Source: Candidatus Obscuribacterales bacterium (GTDB taxonomy: Bacteria > Cyanobacteriota > Vampirovibrionia > Obscuribacterales > Obscuribacteraceae). From it: DNA of 64,000 bases. The translations under genes were made by a program, and so were the position numbers. The notes under the pieces are model-generated. The model was not told where the DNA came from and did no database searches. It saw only the letters and a list, made by a program, of their open reading frames with translations. The DNA is taken from the NCBI GenBank assembly GCA_965228855.1, contig CBDDIJ010000003.1, positions 2,912,001 to 2,976,000 on the forward strand, written 5' to 3'. Positions 19,870 to 30,255 of this stretch are shown one piece after another (positions within the stretch are counted from its first letter, which is position 1; the number at the start of each line of letters is the position of its first letter).

Positions 19870-21102
19870 TTAAACGCTGGTCGCCTTGGACAGAGCCTTT
19901 TTCAGCTCCTCTACGCGATCCAACTTCTCCCAGGGAAGATCGAGATCCGGTCTGCCGAAGTGACCATAGGCAGCCACATTCTGGAAGAACCTTCCGCCGG
20001 CGATCTTAGGTTGCTCGTTGAGCTTGAAGTGCGAAATGATTGCTGTAGGGCGCAGATCGAACTTCTCATTAACCAGAGCGGTAATCTCATCATCAGCGAT
20101 TTTGCCGGTGCCGAAGGTCGTAACCAGCACTGAGAGCGGACGAGCAACGCCGATCGCATATGCAATCTGGACTTCGCATTTTTTGGCAAGACCGGCGGCA
20201 ACGATGTTTTTAGCAACCCAACGAGCTGCATATGCTGCGGAGCGGTCAACTTTTGTCGGATCCTTACCGGAGAAGGCGCCACCGCCGTGACGGGAGTATC
20301 CGCCATAAGTATCGACGATAATTTTTCTGCCTGTCAAACCGGCGTCACCGTGCGGTCCTCCAACAACAAAGCGGCCGGACGGATTGATCAAATACTTGGT
20401 TTTGTCATCAAGATTGATTCCAAGCTCTTTGAAGACCGGCTGAATTACATATGCTTTGAGGTCGGTTTCGATGCGAGCGCGAATTTCTTCATTCTCACTC
20501 AACTTGTCGATCACCGGATCATGCTGCGTGGATATCAAAATCGAATCTACGCGAACGGGCTTCCCATCTTCGTATTCGATGGTGACTTGAGTTTTACCGT
20601 CGGGGCGCAGGTATTTCAACGTGCCATTCTTTCTGACTTCGGTTAGTCGAAGAGCTAATCTATGAGCCGCCGAGATCGGCATGGGCATTAACTCTTTGGT
20701 TTCGTCGCAGGCGTAACCGAACATCATGCCCTGGTCGCCGGCGCCGAGATTTTCTTTGTCATCTCTGGCGGCATCGACGGCTGGTGCGATGTCCGGTGAC
20801 TGTTTCTTCAAACCGGTGAGAACGGCTGTGGAGTTTGAATCGAATCCACCGCCCTTCTCGCCTTCGTAGCCAATCTCTTTGATGACGTCACGAACGAGGT
20901 CCTGGAAATCGATCTGGGCAACAGTGGTAATTTCGCCAATGACCAGAACCAATCCGGTGGACGCTGCGCACTCGCATGCTACGCGCGCCTGCGGGTCCTG
21001 GCTCAAAATTTTATCGAGAACCGCATCGGAAATTTGGTCGCAGACCTTATCAGGATGTCCCTCTGTGACCGATTCCGACGTGAATAAATAGCGCGTAGAC
21101 AA
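19870..21102 (-). CDS. metK: S-adenosylmethionine synthetase
   Basis: [33 protein letters not shown] and GGGAFSGKD motifs. TTG start at 21102 after a GAGGTG RBS. Confidence 0.97.
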   Translation of the reverse strand: MSTRYLFTSESVTEGHPDKVCDQISDAVLDKILSQDPQARVACECAASTGLVLVIGEITTVAQIDFQDLVRDVIKEIGYEGEKGGGFDSNSTAVLTGLKKQSPDIAPAVDAARDDKENLGAGDQGMMFGYACDETKELMPMPISAAHRLALRLTEVRKNGTLKYLRPDGKTQVTIEYEDGKPVRVDSILISTQHDPVIDKLSENEEIRARIETDLKAYVIQPVFKELGINLDDKTKYLINPSGRFVVGGPHGDAGLTGRKIIVDTYGGYSRHGGGAFSGKDPTKVDRSAAYAARWVAKNIVAAGLAKKCEVQIAYAIGVARPLSVLVTTFGTGKIADDEITALVNEKFDLRPTAIISHFKLNEQPKIAGGRFFQNVAAYGHFGRPDLDLPWEKLDRVEELKKALSKATSV

Positions 21103-21442
21103 TGTATGCACCTCGTATATAAACAACCTAGACTCGTTCGCTATATTTGCTTTACGGACGCAGTGCAGCGGCTCGAATTGCTTGCGAACAGCCAGCCTTT
21201 GCCGCGGCATCAAGATCAAGCCGCGCATTGAATGACGGACGTTCCTCAGACTGGAAGGAACATTCAGCCAAGTATGCTACCATTTTTTCGCCCTTCTGAA
21301 TTAAAGAGATACAAGGTTTGGAGCGCGTTTGAGACTTATCGAAGCAAAACGTAACCCCAGTTTCCTTATACGTCGGCGACTGCTATTTAGATGGTACCAA
21401 TCAGGTGCTAACATTTAGGAAGATGTACTTACAGGACAAATC

Positions 21443-22069
21443 ATGGCAACCGCATATTCACAGCAGAGTGACCGGGATTTAGTGTTAGCGTGCCAGCGTC
21501 GAGAGCCACAGGCATTCGAAGAACTCGTCAAACGCCATCAAAAGACAGTATATGCATTGCTATACCAATTGGCACCAGACTGGTCGGACACTTCTGATCT
21601 GGCTCAAGAAGTCTTCATTAGAGTTTGGCGCTCGATAAACAATTTGCGAAATCCGTCGTCATTTCGCTCGTGGCTAACGCAGATCGTCACGAACCTCTTT
21701 TATGATGAATTGAGGAAACGTCCGCGCAAACTGCCTACAGTGAGTATGGACGTGGCTCTTGGAGATGATGAATCAGATGAGGGCGCAACCAGAGATATCC
21801 CAGATGAGACAGATCTTCCTCATGACAAGCTGCTCAACAAGGAACTCTCAGAAATAATTCGCGAAGCAATGTTGAAACTGCCGGAACAGTTTCGAACAGC
21901 CATCGTCTTGAGGGAAGTGGAAGGGTTAAGCTACGAAGAAATTGCAGACATAACTCAAACTGAAATGGGAACCGTTAAGTCACGAATAGCCCGTGCACGG
22001 TTGAAACTGCAAGAGATGTTGAAGCCCTATCTGGAATCCACCGAGTCCGCAAGCGAGGTCTCCAGTTAA
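21443..22069 (+). CDS. ECF RNA polymerase sigma factor (RpoE/cyanobacterial SigG-like)
   Basis: Region 2 DLAQEVFIRVW...FRSWLTQIVTNLFYDELRKR and region 4 LREVEGLSYEEIA...GTVKSRIARAR. Confidence 0.93.
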   Translation: MATAYSQQSDRDLVLACQRREPQAFEELVKRHQKTVYALLYQLAPDWSDTSDLAQEVFIRVWRSINNLRNPSSFRSWLTQIVTNLFYDELRKRPRKLPTVSMDVALGDDESDEGATRDIPDETDLPHDKLLNKELSEIIREAMLKLPEQFRTAIVLREVEGLSYEEIADITQTEMGTVKSRIARARLKLQEMLKPYLESTESASEVSS

Positions 22070-22969
22070 ATGGTGAGAGCGTGTACCGATTATCAAGAGG
22101 ATTTATCTGCCCTGCTCGATGATGAGCTTGGCGCAGATGAGCATCAAGACGTGACGGGTCATTTGACCGAGTGCACGGATTGCGCTGCCCGTTTTGAGAC
22201 TATCAAGTCTCTGAGCGGCTTACTTAATAAGGAAAGCAGCAAAATCGATGCGATGCCCGACCTCTGGGATAGTTTAAAAGATGAATTACCCAGCGTATGT
22301 CTGGTTATTGAAGAGGATTTGTCCGCATATTTGGACGGTGAGTTGCCCTCAGCCGCTCAAGAAGGTGTCAAACGTCATTTAGATGAATGCGCCGAGTGTC
22401 TGAATAAATTCAAGCTGCTCAATTCGACCAATCAAATGCTTTCGAAGGGCCTGGCTCTTCCGGAAGGATTGGAAATTGATATCTGGTCAGGCGTGAAAGA
22501 CAGACTTGACTCCGATTGCGAATCAGTTCGCGACGATTTGTCCGCATACGCGGATCAAGAAGTCGATAGCGGTCGCCATCGGTTCATAACGTCACATCTT
22601 ATAGATTGCCTGCCATGCAGAGATTCATACGAATCGGTGACCAAAGTCGGCGATTTAATCAAGGAGCACTACAAACCGAAGATTCCGGAGAACCTGAACC
22701 TCTGGCCCGGAATTAAGATGAAAATGCAGGTCGTGCCGTTTACGCCGCGCGAACAACAGCAGCAGCCAAAGACGAAGAAGAAAATTCGTCCGAGATTCGC
22801 TGTGATGGTTGGAGCTGCAGCAGCCGTCATCGGTATACTGGGTTCACTTGCAGTTTGGCTTTCCGCACCGGATGACATACAATTTCCATCAATCTCTCCG
22901 GAGCAGTACTTGATAGAATCATCGTTCCAAGAGCCGACTGATTCGGCGGAGGCAGTCGTTTATGAATGA
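22070..22969 (+). CDS. zinc-binding anti-sigma factor with three zf-HC2 repeats
   Basis: Three C..DLSAxxDxE..HLxxCxxC units and one TM helix; starts immediately after the sigma stop codon. Confidence 0.85.
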   Translation: MVRACTDYQEDLSALLDDELGADEHQDVTGHLTECTDCAARFETIKSLSGLLNKESSKIDAMPDLWDSLKDELPSVCLVIEEDLSAYLDGELPSAAQEGVKRHLDECAECLNKFKLLNSTNQMLSKGLALPEGLEIDIWSGVKDRLDSDCESVRDDLSAYADQEVDSGRHRFITSHLIDCLPCRDSYESVTKVGDLIKEHYKPKIPENLNLWPGIKMKMQVVPFTPREQQQQPKTKKKIRPRFAVMVGAAAAVIGILGSLAVWLSAPDDIQFPSISPEQYLIESSFQEPTDSAEAVVYE

Positions 22970-23474
22970 CAGACGGGTAGGTAGAATCGCGATAATTGCA
23001 TTCGTGCTCAGCGCGTATCCGATGTCGGCTGGCGCTCAGCAAGAATGTGCTACTGGCACGTGCAATATCGACTATTCGAAGCTCAACCTGACTCAAGAGC
23101 AAGCTGTGAAAATTCAGCAATGCGACCATGAGTGGTTCCAGGAGCTTCAACAAACGCAGCCTGAAATTCAGACGTTGCAACAAAAGTTCCGCAGACTTTT
23201 GTCGAGCTCAAAGCCTGATGCCACCGAGATTTTGCTCGTGCAGCAACAGATCGAAGCGAAGAAGAGTAAGCTGAAACTGAAAGCAACTCAGACCCTTTTG
23301 AAAAAGAAACAGCTGCTCGACGATTCACAAAAGAAAGCGTTCGACAATCAGTTTCAGGGCGAGGTTCTGAAAATGAGACAACAGGGCAATGGAGTTGAAA
23401 GCAACGTTGCACCGGTTCGTTGGAAGAAGATCTGGAACAACATGCAGAACGTTTTCAATCAAGAAGCTCATTAA
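22962..23474 (+). CDS. Spy/CpxP-like periplasmic protein
   Basis: Signal peptide plus LNLTQEQ and LDDSQK (LTxxQ-type) motifs; overlaps the anti-sigma gene. Confidence 0.7.
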   Translation: MNDRRVGRIAIIAFVLSAYPMSAGAQQECATGTCNIDYSKLNLTQEQAVKIQQCDHEWFQELQQTQPEIQTLQQKFRRLLSSSKPDATEILLVQQQIEAKKSKLKLKATQTLLKKKQLLDDSQKKAFDNQFQGEVLKMRQQGNGVESNVAPVRWKKIWNNMQNVFNQEAH

Positions 23475-23506
23475 TCTCTGCAGAGTTTCTCAAACCAAAA
23501 AAATTT

Positions 23507-23555
23507 GAACTGGTGCGGTGAACCTTGAGTTAATCACTGCGCCAGTTTCTTTTTT
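23507..23555 (+). terminator. intrinsic terminator of ECF sigma operon
   Basis: gaactggtgcggtga / tcactgcgccagtttc stem followed by TTTTTT. Confidence 0.75.
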
Positions 23556-23724
23556 CGCCACATACAGCCTTTCGCAATTTTGAAATGAAAAAAAATGTCC
23601 ATGAAAACTATGTACCTTCCACTAGAAATGTAGGAAACTTCTGGGGAAGAATATGAAGAAGCTTACTTGCTCGTAAGCTTCGGCTTGAAATGCTTTGTCA
23701 GGCGCACAACTCCGGGGGACATTG

Positions 23725-24120
23725 ATGGGATCGCGAGCAACAGAGATCAAAAAGGTTTTACTTGTCGATGACGACGCAAATATCCGATTCATAACGGAGA
23801 TGAGTCTGCAGGGCCTGACCGACTGGGAGATAACGCTTGCGGGGACGGCCCAGGAAGCCCTTTCCGCAGTCACGCAAGTGAAGCCGGATCTAGCTCTTTT
23901 AGACGTAATGATGCCTGGAATGGATGGCGTCACGCTCCTGGGGAAAATGCGAGAGCAAGTGGACGAAGCTGACATGCCGCTGGTAATTTTCATGACCGCA
24001 AAGGTGCAGACTCAGGAAATAGAAGCGTACAAAAATCTTGGCGCTGTCGGAGTGATTACAAAACCATTCGATCCAATGAAGCTTGCCGAGCAGATTGAAG
24101 GCATCTTGAACACCGCATGA
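23725..24120 (+). CDS. single-domain response regulator
   Basis: VLLVDDD, LLDVMMPGMDG, FMTA and ITKPF motifs. ATGA overlap with the kinase. Confidence 0.92.
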   Translation: MGSRATEIKKVLLVDDDANIRFITEMSLQGLTDWEITLAGTAQEALSAVTQVKPDLALLDVMMPGMDGVTLLGKMREQVDEADMPLVIFMTAKVQTQEIEAYKNLGAVGVITKPFDPMKLAEQIEGILNTA

Positions 24121-27100
24121 AAGTCTCGATTCTCACTAAAGTGACAATCGGGGTCATCGTCGTTATCGGGACGCTCTGCGTTTCGATGGCAATCAGTCTT
24201 GATGCTCGCAGCAAGCAAACCGAAAGTCGCAAGCTGGTGATGCACACGTATCAAGTCCTGAACCTATTAGAGCGCGTGCACTCAATGATGAAGGACGCAG
24301 AAACCGGTCACAGAGGCTTTCTGTTAACTGGTCAAAATGATTATCTCGAACCTCACAAGCGCGCCTCTTCGAAAATCGACAATTTGATTGAAGAGCTTAA
24401 GATGCAGGTGAGCGACAACCCTGCTCAACAACATCGACTTGGGATTCTGACGGTAAAAACCGATGAAGTGCTCGACTCTCAGCAAGCGTCGATAGAAGTG
24501 AGACGAAAACGAGGGCTGCAGGCGGCAGCAGGTGCAAATAACTTCGAGCTCGACAAAGAGCGAATGGAAGCGATACACAACACGATCGAAGAAATGATCG
24601 AAACGGAAGAGGCACTCCTCAACGAGCGCAGCGACAAGTTGAATGCAGCAACAGCAACGGCTTATGCTTATTCCACCTTATTTAGCGTAGCTTCAATTAT
24701 CTGCGTGGGCGTAGCCGGCTTAGCCCTGCTTGGATTCCTGAAGGCACAGCAAAAGTCTGAACGAGAACTGCAGGTTCAATATTCGGTTGCCAGAATACTA
24801 AATGAATCGAACGACCTCAAAGATGCTGCTCGAAGAATCGAGCAGTTGATCGGAGAAGCTGGAGCCTGGTGCATCGGAGCAACCTGGATGGTGCAGACGA
24901 ATGAACAAAGAGAAAACGTTCTTGTCTGTCTAGACCTCTGGAGACTGGCGACATTCGCTGATAGTGAGTTCACGAGAGACTCACACAAGCGCGTTTTCAA
25001 AATGGGCGAGGGGTTGCCCGGAAGAGTGTGGCAATCCGGGAAAGCAACGTCCATACACGACGTGACGCAGGACGCCAACTTCCCGCGCTCGAAAGTGGCC
25101 GAACAAATCGGATTGAAAACAGCCTTCGCTTTTCCAATCACATTCGGAGGTGACGTTCTCGCCGTGACGGAATTCTTCGCAACCGAGGAGCGTCCGGTCG
25201 ATCAAGCACTTCTAGACATGATGACAGCGATCGGAAATCAGCTCGGTCAGTTTATCGTAAGAAAAACAGTTGAAGTGGAAACCGAAAGGCAACGCCAGTT
25301 TTTACAGCTAATTCTTGACACCGTATCTGATGGCATCATGGTGGCAGATATGGAAGGCAAGTTCATTCTTACAAACGTCGCGGCCAAAGAGCTGACGGGA
25401 CAAACCAAACGATTTACCAGAGACGATTGGACTGATGAGACAGGAGTATATTTAAACGAAGCCGGCGATAAATATCCCCTGGAACAGCTTCCGCTTCTTC
25501 GAGCAATCAGAGGTGAAGAAGTCGATGATGCAGAGATGTTGATTCGCAATGACAGCATTCCGACAGGGAAATGGCTATCTGTAAGCGCTCGACCATTGCG
25601 CGAAATCGAAGACGAAGTCACAGGCGCAGTGATTTTCTTCAGAAACGTGAGCGAGAAGAAAGAAGCAGAAAAGAGAGTCAGTGAGTTTTACTCAACGGTT
25701 TCACACGAATTGAGAACGCCACTGACTTCCATCCGCGGTTCGCTGGGACTGATCGAGGGAGGCTTGGCCGGTCCGATACCGGAAAAGACGCTGAAACTGA
25801 TCAAAATCGCCAGGGCTGAGTCTGACCGGCTGATCAGGTTAATCAACGACATATTAGATTTGCGAAAAATCGAAGCTGGAATGCTCGAACTCAAGAAACG
25901 AACTTGTGATACGCAAAAGCTGGTTAAGCGTGCGATCGAAGGAATTCAGGGCATGGCGAACGAGCGAGGTGTGACGGTCGACGAGGAAATGAACACCGGC
26001 GGTCCGACTGAGTGCGATGAAGACAGAATAATTCAAGTCCTGACAAATTTGATGTCCAACGCCATCAAGTTTTCAGAGAAAGGCGATAAAGTGTTAGTAG
26101 CTCTCAATCCCGGAGAGCGTAACACATTCAAATTTTCGATTACGGACACTGGCCCAGGTATTGCTACGGAGCAGATGCATAAACTGTTCGGTAAATTCCA
26201 GCAGTTGGACCAATCGGATAGCAGAAAGAAAGATGGAACCGGACTGGGTCTTGCTATCACCAAGGCAATTATCGATGAACATGGTGGCACCATTGGTGTC
26301 AACAGCGAGTGGGGCAAGGGGTCGACCTTCTGGTTTGAGTTACCTGCGACCTTTTCACCAGTTCGGAATGTCGCCGTCAGCAACCTGCCACCAGCACACG
26401 TTCATCCGGCCTTGATAGTGGAAGATGATAAGAACTTATCGGAAGTTTTACGTACGCACCTTGAGGCAGACGGATTCGAGGTAATCCATGCTTCTTCACT
26501 CGAAGAAGCCGGCGATTTTCTGGACGCCTATACACCACTGGTGATACTGCTTGATTTGGGTTTACCTGACGGCAACGGCTTGGACTTGATGGAACGGCTA
26601 CAATCGGACGAGAAACGGAAAAACATTCCCGTCGTGGTAATCAGCGGGACGGAAAAGGATGGAAAAACAACCTGTGTTCACCCCGCGCTGATAGACTGGA
26701 TGGCCAAACCGTTCGATGAGAAACGGCTTCACGCCGCCCTCGACAATGCTCGTAGGCGCATTGGAATAGCCCAAGTTCTCGTGGTGGAAGACGATCCTTC
26801 GACACGAGAAATTTTAAAACAGCAAGTAGAATCGCTTGGAGTCAAATGCATCGAAGCCTCCAGTGGCGAAGATGCGCTGAAGAGTTTTGACGAATCCAAT
26901 CCGGACCTTGTAATTTTGGATCTGATGATACCGCCTCCGGACGGATTTGAAGTCGTAGAGAAGCTAAGAAGCCGCCTGGACAGTTCTGTTCCGCTGGTAG
27001 TCTACTCGGCGTTAGACCTGACTGAGGCGGAAAAGGCAAAGCTAAAGTTAGGCATCACAGCCCATCTCACAAAGTCGACAGCAAGTCCGGATCAATTATC

Positions 27101-27170
27101 GAACGTGATTCGAGAGTTTTTGAATGGTTTACTGCTACGCAAAGAGGGTGATGAGTCACTGAAGTCATAG
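24117..27170 (+). CDS. hybrid sensor kinase CHASE3-GAF-PAS-HisKA-HATPase-REC-REC
   Basis: CHASE3 DAETGHRGFLLTG; GAF GEGLPGRVW; H-box SHELRTPLTSI; N box NAIKF; G boxes DTGPGI and GTGLGL; two receiver domains. Confidence 0.92.
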   Translation: MKVSILTKVTIGVIVVIGTLCVSMAISLDARSKQTESRKLVMHTYQVLNLLERVHSMMKDAETGHRGFLLTGQNDYLEPHKRASSKIDNLIEELKMQVSDNPAQQHRLGILTVKTDEVLDSQQASIEVRRKRGLQAAAGANNFELDKERMEAIHNTIEEMIETEEALLNERSDKLNAATATAYAYSTLFSVASIICVGVAGLALLGFLKAQQKSERELQVQYSVARILNESNDLKDAARRIEQLIGEAGAWCIGATWMVQTNEQRENVLVCLDLWRLATFADSEFTRDSHKRVFKMGEGLPGRVWQSGKATSIHDVTQDANFPRSKVAEQIGLKTAFAFPITFGGDVLAVTEFFATEERPVDQALLDMMTAIGNQLGQFIVRKTVEVETERQRQFLQLILDTVSDGIMVADMEGKFILTNVAAKELTGQTKRFTRDDWTDETGVYLNEAGDKYPLEQLPLLRAIRGEEVDDAEMLIRNDSIPTGKWLSVSARPLREIEDEVTGAVIFFRNVSEKKEAEKRVSEFYSTVSHELRTPLTSIRGSLGLIEGGLAGPIPEKTLKLIKIARAESDRLIRLINDILDLRKIEAGMLELKKRTCDTQKLVKRAIEGIQGMANERGVTVDEEMNTGGPTECDEDRIIQVLTNLMSNAIKFSEKGDKVLVALNPGERNTFKFSITDTGPGIATEQMHKLFGKFQQLDQSDSRKKDGTGLGLAITKAIIDEHGGTIGVNSEWGKGSTFWFELPATFSPVRNVAVSNLPPAHVHPALIVEDDKNLSEVLRTHLEADGFEVIHASSLEEAGDFLDAYTPLVILLDLGLPDGNGLDLMERLQSDEKRKNIPVVVISGTEKDGKTTCVHPALIDWMAKPFDEKRLHAALDNARRRIGIAQVLVVEDDPSTREILKQQVESLGVKCIEASSGEDALKSFDESNPDLVILDLMIPPPDGFEVVEKLRSRLDSSVPLVVYSALDLTEAEKAKLKLGITAHLTKSTASPDQLSNVIREFLNGLLLRKEGDESLKS

Positions 27171-27471
27171 CTGTGATTATGTGTTCTGGCATTGGCAGAA
27201 TATGGGAGCCAATTTCGCACGGTCATGTCAATCACTCCTGCGCAGCAATGAACCATGACTATTCCCAGCCAGTTTCGGCGCTGCGTTCAAACCAGCACCT
27301 GGTTTGAGCTTGACGAACAGTTGCAAACGGTCTAATCAAGACCAGAATTGTAATATCATGTTGGGCTGGCGACGTGATTCGCCATTCGGGCGGCAAAAGC
27401 CGCGTAAATGCTTGAGGAGCACGCTTTCCTCTTGCTTGTCACTCGAGCCAGTTCCTCAAGGAGAATTGACA

Positions 27472-28014
27472 ATGGCTAAACTGCAAGGAATTAAAGTCGC
27501 GCTTGTTATCGCACCAGAAGCGTTTCGCGACGAAGAATTGTTTGTTCCACAAGAGCAATTGAAGGAAGCCGGAGCTCAGGTCATAGTCGCTTCAACTAGA
27601 ACAGGTGAAGCCAAGGGCATGCTGGGCGGAACAGCGCAGGCTGAAACAACCATTAAGGACTTGAAGAGCAGCGAACTCGATGCAGTCGTTGTCGTTGGTG
27701 GCATGGGCTCACCGGAGCATCTATGGTCGAACGCTGAATTGCACAACCTCGTGAAAGAATTGCACAAAGCCGACAAGCTGGTTGCTGCCATCTGTTTATC
27801 CGGAGCGGCGCTTGCAAATGCCGGCGTTTTGAACGGAAAGAAGGCAACCGTATGGGAGTGCCCCGAGTCGCTTGAAGCGCTCGAAAAGGGCAAAGCTGAG
27901 TACGTCAAACAACCGGTGGTGCAAGACGGCAAATTCATTACTGCAAACGGACCGGAAGCCGCTCCAGAATTTGCTCGGTTGATCGTTGGTGAACTGAGCA
28001 AAGTAAAAGTCTAG
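27472..28014 (+). CDS. DJ-1/PfpI family protein
   Basis: FRDEE, VVGGMG, nucleophile elbow AAICLS and ITANGP. AAGGAG RBS. Confidence 0.9.
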   Translation: MAKLQGIKVALVIAPEAFRDEELFVPQEQLKEAGAQVIVASTRTGEAKGMLGGTAQAETTIKDLKSSELDAVVVVGGMGSPEHLWSNAELHNLVKELHKADKLVAAICLSGAALANAGVLNGKKATVWECPESLEALEKGKAEYVKQPVVQDGKFITANGPEAAPEFARLIVGELSKVKV

Positions 28015-28018
28015 CTCA

Positions 28019-28071
28019 AGAGAGATGGCCGGCGCACGATCTGACACTCAGTGCGTCCGGCCGTTTCTCTT
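28019..28071 (+). terminator. hairpin/terminator between the DJ-1 gene and argS
   Basis: agagagatggccggcgcac / gtgcgtccggccgtttctct stem. Confidence 0.55.
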
Positions 28072-28111
28072 CCAGAATCGAATCCACAGGAAACTATAAG
28101 AGACCGGAATC

Positions 28112-29875
28112 ATGATTAAAGAACGCCTCAGAGATCTCATTACTAAAGCCTTCACTCAAGCCTGCGCAGACGGAAAAATGGGACCGCTCACGGAATGCCC
28201 GGAGCCGATTATTGTCGAGCAACCGAAACTCCCCGAGCATGGAGATCTAGCCTGCGGCGTTGCGCTAAAACTGGCTCGCCATGCGAAACTTGCGCCCATT
28301 CAAATCGCCAATAATCTGGCAGAATATATCAGGAATTCGCCTGAGGCGAAGAACGGCTGCATAGACAGCCTCGAGGTTGCCAATCCGGGATTTATAAATT
28401 TCAGACTCGGCAAAGTATGGCTTACAGACGCCATTCAGGAGATCATCCTGAAGAAGGAAAACTTCGGTCGAGAGGATGTAGGTCAAGGCAAAAAGGTTTT
28501 GATCGAGTATGTTTCTGCCAATCCGACCGGCAATTTGCACATAGGTCATGGGCGGGGAGCGGTTCTTGGAAGTTGCCTTGCAAATCTGTTTGCTTTTGCG
28601 GGCTATGATGTGGAAGAAGAATTTTACGTCAACGATGCCGGCGCGCAGATTGCGGCACTGGGAAGATGCGCTCTGGCAGCCTATCAACGCAAGCTCGGCA
28701 AAGAAGTCGAGTATCCAACCGACGGCTATCCGGAAGAGTCGCTTACGGAATACATCGACAAAGTTATCGAGCAGGACAAAGACAAATACTTGTCGATGGA
28801 TGAAACCGAAGCAATCCCGGCGATTGGAAACGCGACAAAGAAGGTCATACAAGACGATCAAGAGAAGTTGCTTGAACGCCTCCACATCACCTTTGACCGG
28901 TGGTTTTCGGAAGAATCATTGCACCAGGCCAATAAAGTCGATGAAGCGATGCAAGTTTTAGCCGACAACAAATTCACCTACGAGAAAGATGGTGCTCTCT
29001 GGTTGAAGTCGGAAGGCGAGGAGCGCGATCGAGTTCTGCGAAAGAGCAGTGGTGACTATACATACCTGGCTAACGATGCGGCTTATCACCTGGATAAGTT
29101 TAAGCGCGGTTACGATCTGATGATCAACATCTGGGGGGCTGATCACCATGGTCAGGTTCCGGGATTGAAAGCAGTAATCGAAGCGCTCGGTTATGACAAA
29201 GAAAAGCTTCAAGTGGTTTTGACTCAGATTGTCAATCTCAATCGTGACGGAAAAGCGGTGCGTATGTCGAAGCGTCGCGGGACAGTCGTCATGCTTGACG
29301 AAGTCATGGATGAGGTCGGAGTGGATGCGGTGCGATACTTCCTCGCCGAGTCTAATCCGAATAACCCGATCAATTTCGATCTTGAACTTGCGAAGAAACA
29401 GAAAAGAGAGAACCCGGCATTCTACATACAGTACGCTCATGCCCGTTGCTGCTCGATTCTTCGCAAGGCGGTCGAGGAGCAAAATGATAGAGAGACCGGT
29501 GAAACGAAACCGGCAGTTCTGACCGAGGAGCAGCTAAAGTCTTTCGAGAAGGAATTCGAGAAAGACGCGAGTTTATTTCTGGCTGTTTTTGACGAAGCTC
29601 CGGAAAAGTTTGTCTATCAAAAGAATCTGGTGATGCGTCTTGAAGCCCTGCCTGATGAAGTGCGCGATGCGGCTGTAAACTGGCAGCCAGGCAAGTTGGC
29701 TCATTATGCGTATGACGTGGCAAATCATCTTCAGAAATTCTATGAAGAGTCGCAAGTGATCTTGCCGGACAATCTGCCCGTGATGAAAGCGAGACTGGGA
29801 CTGATAATGGCGACCAGGCAGGTCTTAGCTAACGCGTTGCAAGTGATCGGAGTGTCGGCGCCGGAGCGAATGTAA
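28112..29875 (+). CDS. argS: arginyl-tRNA synthetase
   Basis: EYVSANPTGNLHIGH (HIGH), WGADHHG, RMSKRRG, YIQYAHAR and C-terminal APERM. Confidence 0.97.
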   Translation: MIKERLRDLITKAFTQACADGKMGPLTECPEPIIVEQPKLPEHGDLACGVALKLARHAKLAPIQIANNLAEYIRNSPEAKNGCIDSLEVANPGFINFRLGKVWLTDAIQEIILKKENFGREDVGQGKKVLIEYVSANPTGNLHIGHGRGAVLGSCLANLFAFAGYDVEEEFYVNDAGAQIAALGRCALAAYQRKLGKEVEYPTDGYPEESLTEYIDKVIEQDKDKYLSMDETEAIPAIGNATKKVIQDDQEKLLERLHITFDRWFSEESLHQANKVDEAMQVLADNKFTYEKDGALWLKSEGEERDRVLRKSSGDYTYLANDAAYHLDKFKRGYDLMINIWGADHHGQVPGLKAVIEALGYDKEKLQVVLTQIVNLNRDGKAVRMSKRRGTVVMLDEVMDEVGVDAVRYFLAESNPNNPINFDLELAKKQKRENPAFYIQYAHARCCSILRKAVEEQNDRETGETKPAVLTEEQLKSFEKEFEKDASLFLAVFDEAPEKFVYQKNLVMRLEALPDEVRDAAVNWQPGKLAHYAYDVANHLQKFYEESQVILPDNLPVMKARLGLIMATRQVLANALQVIGVSAPERM

Positions 29876-30255
29876 GCCAGACAACGTTTGCACAAACGGT
29901 ACGAAAGAAATATCAGATCCTCCGAATCGCTTAAGCGCAGCGGATCTGCACGATTTATCGGCAACGATCGGCATTTTTGGGCTGATAATGGGCTTTGACG
30001 AGATCGAGCTCCAAGACCCCGAAAGGAGCAGCCTTTTAGCTTCTCCGCCCCCGTAATTTTGTAAAAACAGCCAAAACGCTACCCGAATCTGTGAAGCAGT
30101 GCTAGGCTAGATTCAGAGGCACAGTTTAGGGACTAGCTAATTTCGTTCGCAACAGTTTCTTTGGACAACCATCCGACAGACTGAAAGGTTTTGTTCGGCT
30201 GGTGAAATCGTTTAACACGAATCCTGTCCGAAATTAGCTAAGCAAGGTACGCAAA

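Noticed and set aside
29989..30051. SRP (4.5S) RNA-like hairpin with cc-GAAA-gg-agcagcc
   Set aside because: The 3' side resembles helix 8, but the conserved 5' CAGG is absent and the stem is short. It cannot be called without a covariance-model search.
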